NCBI GenBank assembly: GCA_051294375.1
Contig: CM119269.1
Span: 8,877,619 to 8,941,618, forward strand
DNA from: Paraspadella gotoi
Taxonomy: Eukaryota; Animalia; Chaetognatha
DNA length: 64,000 nt
Direction: 5' to 3'
Part shown: one piece after another, positions 1 through 13,930 of the stretch
Layout: each line of letters starts with the position of its first letter
Position numbering within the stretch: the stretch's first letter is position 1
Made by a program: the position numbers and the translations under genes
The notes under the pieces: generated by a model
Told to the model about the DNA's origin: nothing
Seen by the model: only the letters and a program-made list of their open reading frames with translations
The model's database searches: none

Positions 1-892
1 GAGTGAGAGGAGAAAGGGAGAAAGATACAGAAAAAATCGTGGAAAGAAGAAAGAGAAATGAAGAAAGAGAAGAAGGTCAAAGAGAATAAAGAAAGTATGA
101 TTTAAAAAAAAGGATAGTTTCCTAACTATCCTTTTTTTTAAATCATACTTTCTTTATTCTCTTTATATAGAAGAATTATGTAATGATTGAATGAATGATT
201 AAATGAATGAATGAATGATTGAATGAATGAATGAATGAGTGAATGAATGAATTAATGACTGATAAATAAATAAATTAACGAATAATTGAATGAAAGAATA
301 AATATATAGTTGAATTACTGTAAAGATAGAAGAATGAAAAAAAGAAGGAATAGATGAATAAATTAATTATTCATTAAAAAAAATGAAGGAATGAATCAAT
401 GAATGAATGATTAAAAGAATGAATGAGTTAATGAATGAATAAAGGAATGAAGGAATGAATAAAAGAATGAATGAGTGAATGAATGATTAAATGATTTAAT
501 GTTTTAATTAGTGAATAAACAAATAAATACATGACTGAATTAAAAGCATTCTTTCCGACGCTGTTTGCGTCGGCGCCATGGGCGTGGCAATGTGGGCGAC
601 GATGTGCTGAGGCTGACCCCCGACGCGGGTCACGGTTAAATCAGACCCATCGAAGGTCACTTTTAACTCTGACCCCGTTCGGGCCATTGTTACTACTTCC
701 CCCATAACGAGCGCATTTTCCTTAATGTTACCATTTCTCTTTCTCTTTTTAGATTCTCGGGTCAACAAAAAAATATTACATTATTTGTTTTCTTTTTTTT
801 TTTTTCTTTTTTTTTCAAAAGGAAAAGCAAAGAGAAATAACAACAACAACAACAAAACAACAACAACACACAAACAACAACAACAACAACAA

Positions 893-933
<41 letters not shown>

Positions 934-2269
934 TAATAATCGATTTTTTTATCTTATTTATCTCATTTCCTCCGGTGATCCATTAGGGGCTTCAAGTTTA
1001 ACTCTAGAATAAAAACAAAAATTAAAGCTTCGTTATTCTAAACTCAAACGCAACGAAAATATATACAAATAAATATATACAAAGAATAAATCTTTAATTC
1101 CATTGAATTAATTTTCTTTTTTTTTACTTTTAGCTTCGATTCGTCACATATTGTCAAATTGAGAATTGGTAAAAAAAATTTTTTTCTTAAGTATTTTTTA
1201 GGAAACAATTTGTTGTTGTAATATCCATGGCGCTCCTACAATAATTTTTCTAAAAAACCTTTTTAAAAATATTTTTAAATTTTTTTTGGTTTTCGTTGTA
1301 GAAAAAAAAATGTCGGCGATGATATCCAGCAGATTTCGTAGTGGGGGAGAAGCCAAAGATAATCCGATCAAAAAAAAAAGGGAAGGAGAGAATAAAGAAA
1401 AAAGGAAGGAGAGATGGAAAAAAAGGGAAAAGATAGAGAAAAAAAAAAGGATAGAAAAAGAAAAGGAAAAGAAAAGAAAAAAAACAAAACAAATAAGGTT
1501 GAGAGAAACGAAAAGATGACGACTACGAGTTTGGTTTTAAACTCGCGTCCCGACGCGAATGTGATGGAACCTCTTCTTTTGGTATCTATCCATCTTTGCC
1601 TTGCCTCCTCCTCCTCCTCCTCCTCTTACTCCTCCTCTTCCTCCTCTTCTTCCTATTTCCTCTTTTCATTTGATCCTTCTTCTACTTCTCACGTTTCTCC
1701 TTCTTCCTCCTCTATTCCTTCCTCCCTTTTTTCTTCTTCCTCCCTTCCTTTACTTTCCTCTACTTTTCCTTCTACAGATTATCCAAGATTAGTTAAACAG
1801 AATTTTAGTGTTACTACCTTCATCTTAGCTCACACTGTGCGATATTCCTGAAGTCAAAAACAGAAAATAAAAGAGTAGAATTTAAAAAAACCGGGTGGTT
1901 AAACTTTGTGCAACATCATAGAATCATAGCAAAGCCAAAGGCCATTTTTATAACTATTTCGTTTAAAAGCAAAAGACCTAAAAAAGGCAACCGTTGGTTC
2001 AGATTCTTTTCTTTGCACAATGCACGAAAGTCAAATGCGTCCATGGGCCTCATCCACTCATCTTGCTCTTCCCCGCCCCATCCCCATCCTTCATGTCGAT
2101 CCTCTTCTTTTTCGTCTCATCCTCCTTCCCTTAATTTTGCTGGTTGGTTCTTCTTCTCCGGCCTTTGATGCCATCGACGGCTCCATGGTTTTGCAAGAAA
2201 GAGGAGCTGAAGCCAATGGCAAGTCAGCAGCTGATGTATATTGTGCAAGAGAGAGAGAGAGAGGGAGAG

Positions 2270-2333
<64 letters not shown>

Positions 2334-2869
2334 GAGCCTTGAGGGTTAAAAGAGGTTTAAAAAACTAATGATATCGTAAGCAGCAAAAAAAAAAAAAAAA
2401 GAGATTTAGTCAAAGTCCAAATTTGACCCGGGACGTTAAAATGATTTTTAAACGGGTTCAAGAGGCGAGATGGCTTCTGTTTACTAAATTATCTTTTAAA
2501 ATTTGATTATTATTAATATTTATTGACTTTTAAAAACTTTTTCTTGGTCGCACTTGATTCCGTTTACCGAATATCGTTTAACGAAGTGGACGACGGAAAG
2601 AGATGAATTAGAATATCCGGAATATTTAATGACATTTTAATCAATTCATGAAAAATGCAGACTGAAAAAGACAAAATAGCGAGTAAGGTTTTAAATTTCT
2701 TAATACTAGTACAGGGAAGAAGTCGAGAAGATAAATTCTTTCGTTTTCTTTTTTCAGTTTACTTCTCTTTCTTTTTTTTTCAGTTCCCACCAATTTCTTG
2801 ACTCTTTTTGACCTCCTTTCAAAATCGTCACTACTTTTTTCTTGTTCTACTTTCTTTCTTTCTTGTTTT

Positions 2870-2953
<84 letters not shown>

Positions 2954-2972
2954 TCACTCTCCACTCCTCTAC

Positions 2973-5900
2973 CTATTCCTCCACTCCCTTCTTCCCCACC
3001 TCCCTCTCTCCTCCCCTCTTCATCTCTTCCTCTAACTTCCACAGCCTCTGCTTCATTTTGGCGCTGTTGCTGTAGTTCTCCGCCATCAACGACGCCATCT
3101 TTCCGCGAAGATGGTCCACCGTCTCGACGAGGGCGTCCAGGCGTTCGGCGGTTGAGCCTTCGTCCTCCGCAGCCGCCGCGTCTTCGTCCAGCAGGTTGTC
3201 TTTCAACAGCATCTGTCTGCCCTTCTCCAGCAACATCGCTCGCGCCTCTGGGTATTCTTTGAGGGTATCGGTCAGATCGTCTTTGCTTGAAAGGAAAAGG
3301 GATTGATTGATTGATAATTTGAGGGATTGATTGATTGCTGAGACGATTGATTTTCCGCCCTAAAGATTTTATCCCTAATTGGTTAAGTAACATTGATTGA
3401 TTAAAAATTTTTTAGATATTTTATTGATAGATGGGTTAATAGATTTGTTTATGTTTATTGGATTGCTTGATTGTTTATCTGCATGTATGGTTACATGATT
3501 GATAGTTTTTATAATCGATAGATCGACCGGCCTTTCGATTGATGAATTGAGTGATTGATTGAATGCCTGATTTAATTTTTGATTGATTGATTGATTGATT
3601 TATTTATTTCAATTAACCTCAAACAAAACAAATCCGCGTATCCGTTGCTCCTGACGGACGCCGTTCGCCGATTTCCGGTCTTATTTCCGGCGATGTTGAT
3701 GAGAGAGATTTCGCCAAAGACGCTTCCGGCACCGAGAGTGGCGAAGACGACGGCGCCATCTTCCGAGACGACGCTCAGAGTTCCGTTCTTGACGATGTAC
3801 ATCTCGCGGCCGACGTCGCCCTTGCGGCAGACGTAGTCGCCAGGACTGAATACCTTTTTTTTGTTTTAAAATTTTTTTTAAAATATAGAGACAATTTTTT
3901 GGGGTAAATACTTTAGTATCTATTAATTATTGAATAATATGACATTCTCTGCGTAATGTTTGAAATTAATTTTCTTCAAAGATAGTCTTTTCTATTTACT
4001 TAGTTTTTAAAATGACCAGGAAAGAAAAAAATTAAAATATTCAAAAAAAGTATAAAAATACACGTTAGTATTCCAACTTGAACCTTATTTGCATAAAGTC
4101 GTCGAATAATTTTAATAATTCGTTCATGTCAGTAAATCAGGTATCGGCTTTGATTAAAATAAGACGGTATATTCTTCAGTTTTTTTGTTATTTAGTCATA
4201 ATAAATTACATAATTACGTCCTACACAATTCGCCCCGTTGCCCAACTCCTAATAATTCCCCCCCCCAAACCCCAACCCATCCCTTCCCAACCCCAACCCC
4301 CCCTCTTCCAGACCCTCCACCTGCTGCCGAAGCCTCAGTATCAACTCGATGAGAAACCCTTGCTCGCAGTCTTGAAAGATTCCGACCCTCTGCAGCGTGG
4401 ACAGGTGCACGCAGATGCCGATCTCCACGCGCAACTTGTTCGGGAGATAAGAAAGAATCTCCGCCTCGTCGAGGATCTGCTTCCTCGTCCACAGATGATC
4501 GAACCACTTGATGACGCGACTCTCCAACTCCTTGCCGACCCGCCGCGCCGCCATGAACCTCTTCACGCCGTCCATGCGGCGCTGGAAGTCGGCGCGGGCG
4601 GCGTTCATGTTGGAGATCATGGATCCGACGTTGCCGACGATGGTGGCGAAGATGAGAACGCCGACGAGGAAGTCGAGGATGACGAAGACGAATTCGATCT
4701 CCTGTGGAGGTGATTGATTCGATTTGATTGATTGGTTGATTGGTTGGTTGATTGGTTAGTTGATTTATTGATTTATTAATTGAATGATTGATTTGATTTG
4801 TTAATTCATTGATTGATTTGATTGATTTAATTTTATTGATTAATTTGTTTGATTTCATTTGATTTCATTTGATTTATTAATTGATTAGTTTGATTGATTT
4901 GATTGATTGTTTGACACTTTAATTGATTGACACTTTAATTGATTGATTGATTGATTGATGGATTGATGGATTGATTAATTGATTGTTTGATTAAACTGGA
5001 TTGGATCGGATCGCTTTCATCCCTGTTCCGGCTGTGGTGTCTCTCCGATGGTAGTCAACGTCAGCGTCGACCAATAGAACGAATAAAGATATTGCATCTT
5101 CGTGTTGTTGACGGCGAAGTTGTCGCCCGCCGCGTCGGCAGCGTCGGCAGGCGGGGTTGACGGCGTCGAGCAGTTGCAGCCGCCTTTGGGGCGAGGAGGG
5201 TAGACCCATCCGTCGGAGTCGAGGCCGATGACCTGAAGGTGGAAGAGGAAGAGAACGATGGTGATGATGATGATTATGATGATGATAATTATGATGATTA
5301 TGATGATGATGATGATTGTGATGATAATATGGTGATTATGATGATAAATATTATGATGAGGATTATGATGACGATGATGACAATGGAGTTTCCAATTGTT
5401 GATAGATTATGATAGTCGAGGACCTTATAATAATGATAATAGGTTATGATTTTGAATATTATAATGATGATGATGATGATGATTGGTGATTATGATGATG
5501 ATAATAATGACCTTATCGCAGATGAGAAAATAGACGCATCCGTTCCAATGGATGATGATGATGATGTAGAGGATGAGGATTAGAATCCTGACCAAATTAG
5601 GGAAGGCGGTTCTGGTCTCAGCTTGCTCGAAGAATTCTCTCAGGCGACCCAGTTTGAGGAGACGGTTGAAGCGGATCGCCGTGTAGGAGGTCGCTGAGGA
5701 CGTACATGACGATCATGTAAAATAGATTTTAATAATTTTGTAAAGTAAGCGTTTAAATCAGAACTTGAACTGAATCGAATCTCACACGCTGTGCGCATCA
5801 ATTTTAAAAGTACTTAAATAATTGACAATAATGTTTTAAAAAATTCTAAATGTAATAATTTAATTTGCATTTGGCTGTATTGATTTGAAATAATTTTTTT

Positions 5901-6788
5901 CAAGTTTCTTGGTGATAATTTTTGTGTTGAAAAAAGTTTGGATCACTTTGTTTTAAAATACATTTCATGAAAACTGGTTTTGTTTTTTTTTCAATAATTA
6001 AAGATTTTTAAAAGTATTAAAAAAGTATTTGTTTCTATTAATTCTCAAACTATATTTTTAATACGCAATTCTAAAATTTCTTAATTCCTTTTAACCCTTT
6101 TTCGGACGACCTCCACTGATCCATTGTTTGAGCAACAATGATGCTATCTATTTATGAAGCTCGGATTTAGCTGTCACTTATCAATTATTAACGTCGTCTT
6201 TCATAAAATGACCCTAATTTCATTAACTTAATTAGATTACTTATTTTTATATTGCTATGCCCTTAGAAATTTTTTTTCTAAATTAACCTACCCAAGTAAA
6301 GTAAATCCGTTGGCGCGAGAGCGAGACAGTCCACGACGAACGCGCGCTGCTTCAAGTAGTTCGCCAACAACTTCCTCTTATCCCTCACCATTTCTCCGTC
6401 CTCCAAGTATCCGGTTCGAGCCTTTAATAATTTGAAAGATAGTTAAGATGTATTTAAAATTAGTTACCGATATTAATCGTCATATATGCAAAATGCCATG
6501 ATGAAGTTTTTACTAAGGTAAACCGGATTATCAGGGTCTAATCTAACTCAATTATTAATGAACTCCACTGTGTCGGTTTTGAAAGTGGAACTATATTAAA
6601 AAAAAAAAATAGTAACTTCCATTCGTGGTGCCTACTGCGATAAAAAAAGAAGAAGAAAAAAGGAAATCTAGAGTTCTATAACAAGGCAATATACTTGTTC
6701 GACACAAAAGATTAAATTATTATATTATATTGAGCTAAGAGTAACAAAATATATATTTACTAAATATTCAAAAACTAGAAAGAGGCAA

Positions 6789-6841
<53 letters not shown>

Positions 6842-7661
6842 CTCTCTTCTCTCTCTCCCTCCACCTGCACGGCCATATCCACCGCATACACAGCATCGGC
6901 CAGATAGTCCAACGCGAAGAAGACCGTCGCCCCTTCGTCTTGAATGTTGACGAAAACAGAACGAACGACGATGAAGACGACGTTGTAAAGGACGGGCACG
7001 GAGACGACGCCCAACCAGGCGTGATAGGCCGAGTCCGAAGGGTCCATCACGTAATCGGCCAGGCGGGCGGGCAGGCGCTTGACGCCTTCCACCAGGCGTG
7101 CCGGAAAGCCTTTGGCANNNNNNNNNNCGCCTTCCACCAGGCGGGCTGGAAAGCCTTTGGCATTCTCGATCAGGCCTTTGAGACGAAGCCTGACGCGCCG
7201 GAAAAAATCGAGCAAGTATCGCCAGGCGGATTGGAGGAAACGACAGAAGGACGACGATAAACTATTGGGATGGAAATCAGACGAGTGCACTCATAACCAT
7301 ACCTTTTTTTGTGGGATTTTCCCAAATATAAACTTACCAACCAGCGACCTTAACTTCGGGTTCGACGGGTGCGGTAGTGACGACGACAGGCGGCGGTTCG
7401 AAAATGGCGGCGCCTGCAGCGGAGGCGGCGGCGCCTGCTGAGGCGGCGGCGGAGACGGAGGGAGAAGCTGCGATTGGGGAAACGCGTTGTCGGTTCCCGA
7501 AATTCATCATCCAAAGTCGAAATCTGAATAACAATGTCAATTTATACAAATTAAAGAAAAATTGAAAAGAAAGAATTTTAAAAGAGATTTTTTATGAAAA
7601 TGTGATTGTTAAATTTAAAGAAAAAAAATATAACGAATATCAAGAATTTACGGAACATGGC

Positions 7662-7742
<81 letters not shown>

Positions 7743-9872
7743 AAGTCTTCTTGTTTGACCGTCAATATTTAGTGAGAGATTCAGAGTCCGCGGCAGAATT
7801 AATTTGGGAATACTGTTCTTCGGATATTAAAAAATAACAACAATAACAACAACAACAACAAAAACAACGACAACATGAAGAGTAGAAAAAAAAACACAGA
7901 TGGAAAAATCTTGATATATTTTATGAATGCGCCCAATTTCAGTTTAAAAAAATTTTTTTTTAATTTGTGCAAAAAGTTTAGGATTAGGAATTAGGTTAAA
8001 TAGATTTAGGATTAAATAATAAACAGAAGCGTTAAAAGAATTAGGTCAAGGTTAGGGATTAAGAAGAAGTTTTTGTTAAAGTCTCGGGTTAAATATTATG
8101 TCCCAAAATTAGGTTACAGAATAAAAAAAAAAAAAAAACAGAAATCAGATGCCTTAAAAAAACATTGTCAAGAGTCCGAAAACCCCAACAACAACGACAA
8201 CCAAAACTCCTTACCTAAACAAGGAAGCGACGCAAACCCTGACCCATTTGCTCTTCCTCTTCCTTCTCCTCCTCCTCCTCTCATCTTCCTCCTCGATTCT
8301 CTCGATCTCTTTGTCCGCTTCCGTCGTCGGCGACCAAGAGATGGAGGAAGGGGAGTCGTGGAGATCCGAGGGGCTGAGGAGGAGGGGACCGTTGTGGGGA
8401 GCGGGGATGGGTTGCTGAGGGAAGGGATGATGGAGATGTGGTAAAGGGAAGGAGGGTATTGACTAAATATAGTGATTACTTTATTTAATTTTAATAATAA
8501 TAAATTTCGTTGCGTTAAATTTTAATCAAAGAATGTTTCTACAAATTTAAACCACCGAAGAAAAGAAAGGAAAACCAAAAATATCAAATTTTTTATTTAA
8601 AATTTTTTATTTTATTGGTGTAACAATAAGTAAACTTTGTGGCGAATCCTAAATTTGCCTCCCGTATAGCTTGGTGCAACTCAGCTCGTCCCATTGGCTT
8701 GGACAGCTAAATACTCGTTCCGGGTTCAATCCCCTCACGGTCACGCTGATTACATGTGACATGGCGTGGTCACTTCTGGTCCAAATCCATTATCGCCAGA
8801 TTCATAATTTTTTTTTTCCAAGTTAAAAAAAAAAAAAATCAATGATTGATTCGAAACCAACTTTTCCTTTCCGATTTTCCTCGACGTCTACAACTTCGTC
8901 ATCCACGACGATCGCCGGCGTCGCGTGATCGCCACGCCCACTTCCGGTTTCCCCCTCGGCACTGATTCCGTGGCGCCTTTTTCGAGCCGACCTCGGAGTC
9001 GGTGGAACTCGCACCGGCGGCGTCGGTACCTGAGCCGGCGGATTGGAAACCGGCACGGGATGCGTCGGCGGCGTCATGGACTTTGGTCGCATGACCGGCG
9101 ACGGCCAAACCTGTCAAGTTTATCACAGAGACAAAATAAAATTTTAGTTTTTATTTGAGAGTTTGACAATCGCTTGACCAGGACATATTGGACTTAACCT
9201 AGTCTTAGCCACTGGTCAGGTCTATTAACTGGTCCTATTCAAGTCTTAATCAGGTTTTTTTCAGCTTCCTGACTTTGATTAATTTTTGCCTCAGTTCAAA
9301 CGTACTCTCGAAAAAAAAAAAAAACTGACCTGAGAACCGACCTTCGAAATGGACGGTTCTTCTGGACCAATCGGCGTTGAGGACCTTTCTCGGCCTTTGG
9401 CGCCGCCGCCGCGGCCGCCGCCGACGCAGCACACACCGCTGCTGGAATCGTCAAATGAGTCGACAAAAAAGTGGGGTTCTCCGCGATCCGACGGGATGGG
9501 AGACACGAGGGGCGTAACGGTGAGAAAGGCGCTCGTGCGGGAGACGGAAGTCGGTGACGCGTTGACGAGAGACTCGAGGGTAAGTGGTGGAGGAACGGTG
9601 AGGCGCAGCGATGGGTGAGGTTTACGCGGCTGCGGATGCGGCGGTGGCGGTTCCGACGTTGAATGCGGCGTCGGAGGTGACGTCATTTGCATCTCCCGTC
9701 GTGGCGTCAACTTGAAAGATTCCGCGTCAAAAATAGTGGACACGCTGGAGCCAGGGGACGTGAGAAGAATGGAAATGCTCGGAGGCGGTACCGCTATTGA
9801 TGGCGGCGAGGGATCGGAAGTTGTCTGCCGCGGCGGCTGCGGCGGAGGTTCCGTCGTCGAAACACGACGCAT
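2973..9872 (-). CDS. CNGA: Cyclic nucleotide-gated cation channel alpha subunit (CNGA-like), 11 exons, ~1000 aa
   Basis: Phase-consistent exons: 9330-9872, 8862-9110, 8215-8414, 7338-7523, 6865-7261, 6292-6421, 5512-5693, 5023-5232, 4321-4701, 3618-3853, 2973-3285. Motifs: S4 [11 protein letters not shown]; S5 [10 protein letters not shown]; pore [14 protein letters not shown]; S6 [22 protein letters not shown]; [26 protein letters not shown]...[22 protein letters not shown]; C-helix KDNLLD; C-terminal leucine-zipper-like segment. The first four low-complexity exons are less certain. Confidence 0.93.
8661..8790 (+). mobile_element. tRNA-derived SINE-like fragment in a CNG intron
   Basis: A-box-like TAGCTTGG and B-box GGGTTCAATCCC at tRNA-like spacing, but no complete cloverleaf. 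Confidence 0.45.
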
Positions 9873-10038
9873 GATCGTAACAACGAGATTAACGTTTCCT
9901 TGTTATTTTATCCTATATTTTCGGTTCTCCGAGCGAATTGATTCGATCTACTAGAGATTGAAAAAAAAAATAAAGTGCTTTAATATCAGGAAGACTTGAT
10001 AAGAAAAAGGATGGAGAGAGAGAGAGAGAGAGAGAAGA

Positions 10039-10094
<56 letters not shown>

Positions 10095-10871
10095 AGAGAG
10101 AGGACGAGGTGATGAAAAAGAAAGGTGAAAACTAAAAAAAAAAAAAGAAAAGGAATGAAGGAAGAGGAGAGAAAAGGAGGAAAAGAGGAAAGGAAAGACG
10201 AAGTCGACGTTAAAAATCGATTGTTTTCGATTTTTCGATTTCAAGATGACGACGTTGACGATGACGGCGAAACATCAACGCTAATAGGGATGATCTCGAC
10301 GATGATGAAAGTAATAATGACAACTCTTAATTAGGAGAGATCACGACGACGACAACGACGACGAAAATTAATCAAGGTGAATAAAGGGGAAAGCTCTTTC
10401 TTACTCACGGTGCTATTTTATTAATTATAACGGCTGTCCAGTGTCCTGTCTTTTACTTTATCTCTTTTTTAGCACAATCACCAAAGCAAGCTCGATATCC
10501 AATGTGTGAAAATTACTCGGTTACGAGAAACAAACTGTATTTCAAAGTGTATGTGAAGAAAAGGTTATGTCTGAGTCTAAAGCTAAAAAATACTTCACAG
10601 TATGTATGTATTATAATACTTATAATACGTATGTACGTATGATTTATATTTAAAACGATTGCAATTTTTAAGTATTAAACCAATTTTATTTCAGCATTGA
10701 TAATTCACTGCTTCACATATATGTCTTTTGTTATTTGTTAATTGTGCAGGGACGCAATCAAAGAGAGCGCAGCGATTCGGGAGAAATCCTCCTCAAAAAC
10801 AAAAGATACAAGTGTTAGAATAATAATTGATATTAATTAGTAAGAAAAAAACATGTATCAGTTCACTACAT

Positions 10872-10990
10872 ATGAAATTGGTACAACCAATATAAAAATT
10901 ATCCATTCATTTAATAAATAAGCTATCTTGCCCCTGACTTTGGACAGGCTTTGGTGGTTTAAGGCCTCCATCACTCTTACAAGATATGTT
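10872..10990 (+). repeat. Dispersed repeat with three copies in the window
   Basis: ATGAAATTGGTACAACCAATA...AGCTATCTTGCCCCTGACT recurs inverted at ~62950-63020 and diverged at ~14815-14895. Confidence 0.7.
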
Positions 10991-11739
10991 TTTATTACGT
11001 TTATATGTTTATGTTATATTATTATTATGTTATTATTATATTATATATATATATATTATTATGTTATATGTTTATGTTTATATGTTATATGTTTTTATTA
11101 CGGTGCCCTCAATCTCTTTGGCTTCATTTAACTAAATGAATTATATTTTGCAGGAAAATGTAAATGTTTGAAGTTGGGATCTCTTATTACGACCATTGCT
11201 TGCCGTACCAAGTCATTAGACCTATAGAAATATATTATATATATAAATATATATTTTCAAAATTTACCAATGTAGAAAAATATGTTTATATTTACATTTA
11301 ATTCCCCAGTGGTTTCTTGAATCACACTGTGGTTTCTCTATTTGCATAGTTGTCTCTTAATTTCAAAATGCACATAGGTTTCTTTATTGCACAATGCACA
11401 TAGGTTTCTTTATTGTACATTGTACAATGCAAATAAATTTTTAAAAAAAATTTCAAGTTTCCCGATTTGCACAGACTTTTTTATTTGCACAATTGTTTTT
11501 TGATCTGCACAGTGGTTTCTGGATTTGCACAGTTTTTTCTTGATCTGCACAGTGGTTTCTTGATTTCACGCGCGAAACTCGAGATGAATTTAAATTCAAA
11601 CTCAAGTTTTTTTTTCGAGAGAAATGATGAATGACTGTAGAAAAGTAAAAGGGACGTGATTGGTAGGAAAACGGATCACGTGACACGAGATCGAAAAAAA
11701 AAAAGACATCGCTTCCGAAAAGATAAGAGAGAGAAGAGA

Positions 11740-11800
<61 letters not shown>

Positions 11801-13261
11801 GAGGAGAGAGAGAGAGAGAGAGAGAAACTTGTTTGATCTCCACCAATCGTCGAGATTTTTGTGAATGAAAAAGGTGGGAAGTGACGAAAAGAGGAGAGAC
11901 GAGTGGGGGGGGTAGAGTAGGAGAAAAGGGCGGAAATGTAGGTTTGGAGTCGATACATTGAGAATAGGAAATGGGAAAGATGTGATAAATGTGAGATAAG
12001 AACGAATGAAGAAGTGAGAAAGAGCAAAATAGAGAGACGGAGCCTCATGAGTTATTTAACGAAAGAAAATAGAAATAAGAAAAATGTCAGAAAGAAATCG
12101 ATTTGTCCAGTCGAGTGTTAATGAAACGTTTTATATTTACGAAAAAAAAAAGGATAAGATGATGGGTTGGTCAAAAAAAAAAGGGGGAAAGATAATTTAT
12201 TGGAGAAAGAAATAAAAAGAATTGCTCATTAGGTGGCCAAATAAAAGTAATAACAGAAAAACAAAAAAACTAAAACGGGAAATGACATACAGTAGGTAGT
12301 GAATCAAAATTGGTTTTGGAAGAGGAACTCTCATCAAAGACACTGATCACATTGCCACAATGAATTGTATCAGTTATAACAAAGAAACTGAAGTCGAAAT
12401 ACAATTTACCGAAGTTTAATTCCGTGTAATTTTTATTAATTCATTTCGTCACTCTGAAAGGCTTAACTTGAACAGATTCAGTACCTCCCTCAAAACCTTT
12501 GTTAAAGTTAATCATTATTGAATATCAAAATTTAAAAAAAATATTTTAAAATTGAATACCCTATTTTTTTGAGAAAATTTTTTTTTCATTCATGATTCGT
12601 CATTTTATCTTGACAATATTCATAATCTTCACAGATTTGCAAGTAATAAATGATTCGCGATTCACGAATTCAAACTAATAACTTTATTGTTCATTCGCTT
12701 TTCACGTTTTGATGTGAAATTCGTCGTCCTCACATCTGACGTCGGTTTCTCTGTGATTCGACGGACATCCAATTCACGTCACACGTTTTTTTCCCTTTCG
12801 TTTTGAACGAGAAGAAATCACGTCATTCGTTATAACGAGTCGTCATTCGTTATATAACGAGCCATTATTTCTGATTTTTACGTAAACGGCATTACGTAAA
12901 ATACAAGTACAAAGGAGGAATATATGAATCGTGTTAACTCCGCTCCCTTAGGCCTTTTCTATTAAGATAAGATAAATGATATTCAAATTATTTGGGGTCG
13001 TTTCGAAATAATGTCAACACGAAACAATTTTGTAGGAGAGAAGCATTGTCCTCGTCAGACCTGCATTAAAAAAAAAAAATTACGGAATGAAAATCATATT
13101 TAAAATAATAGATGGAGTGCAGCAGCGCGGATTACTTCAGCGGCTGCAGGAACAGCCTCTGCTGCTGCGTCGGTGTTTCCTTCGATCTTCGCCTCCATAA
13201 TTAATCGACGCGAAAGGCGATACTCGTCTTCGGCTTCATTATTTTATTAATTATTGCTATG

Positions 13262-13713
13262 ACTCTTTCCCGCCTTTCGTCGTTGTCGTCGTCGTCGTCT
13301 TTATAGTCGTCATCGCTTTTGCGATCGTCGTTCTTGTCGTCGTCGTTGACGTCATAGGTCGTCATCGTGGTCGTCATTGTATTTAAATATGTCGTTACGA
13401 CTGTCGTCTTGGTTGTCATCATCGTCATTGCCATCATAGTCATCGATATCGTCATCATCCTGGACGTCGTCGTCATCCATATAATTAACATAATCATCCT
13501 AATCATAATGATCATCAACATCATTATCTCGAGCATCATCATATCATAGAATACCATCATGGTCGTTATCTCATCATCATCATGTCATGATCATCATCAT
13601 CATCATCGTAATCATCAGCATCATCTTTATCTTCATCATCATCATCATCATCATCTTCATCTTCATCTTCATCATCATCATCATCAACATCATCATCATC
13701 ATCATCATCATCA
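13262..13713. repeat. Degenerate (GTC/ATC)n trinucleotide tract
   Basis: Directly visible; explains the poly-His/Asp/Met ORFs. Confidence 0.85.
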
Positions 13714-13843
13714 TGCGGCTTTGGCAGAGTTGAATTTTCGAAATTCAGAAAAACTCTAAAATGCTTCTGCAATGGACGGACGGGTTCTTTCCGAGTGAAC
13801 GTGAGCTCTGTCCGTTTCAGGACTATCCTCAGTTCGATCGTTT

Positions 13844-13930
<87 letters not shown>

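Noticed and set aside
508-768. GC-rich minus-strand ORF (ENALVMGEVVTMARTG...)
   Set aside because: Exon-like, but no recognisable domain or connecting exons; it may belong to a gene leaving the window.
8661-8745. Functional tRNA gene
   Set aside because: Has A/B-box-like motifs but no complete cloverleaf; treated as a SINE head.
13201-13772. Poly-His/Asp/Met ORFs
   Set aside because: Trinucleotide repeat open in several frames, with no splice or domain support.
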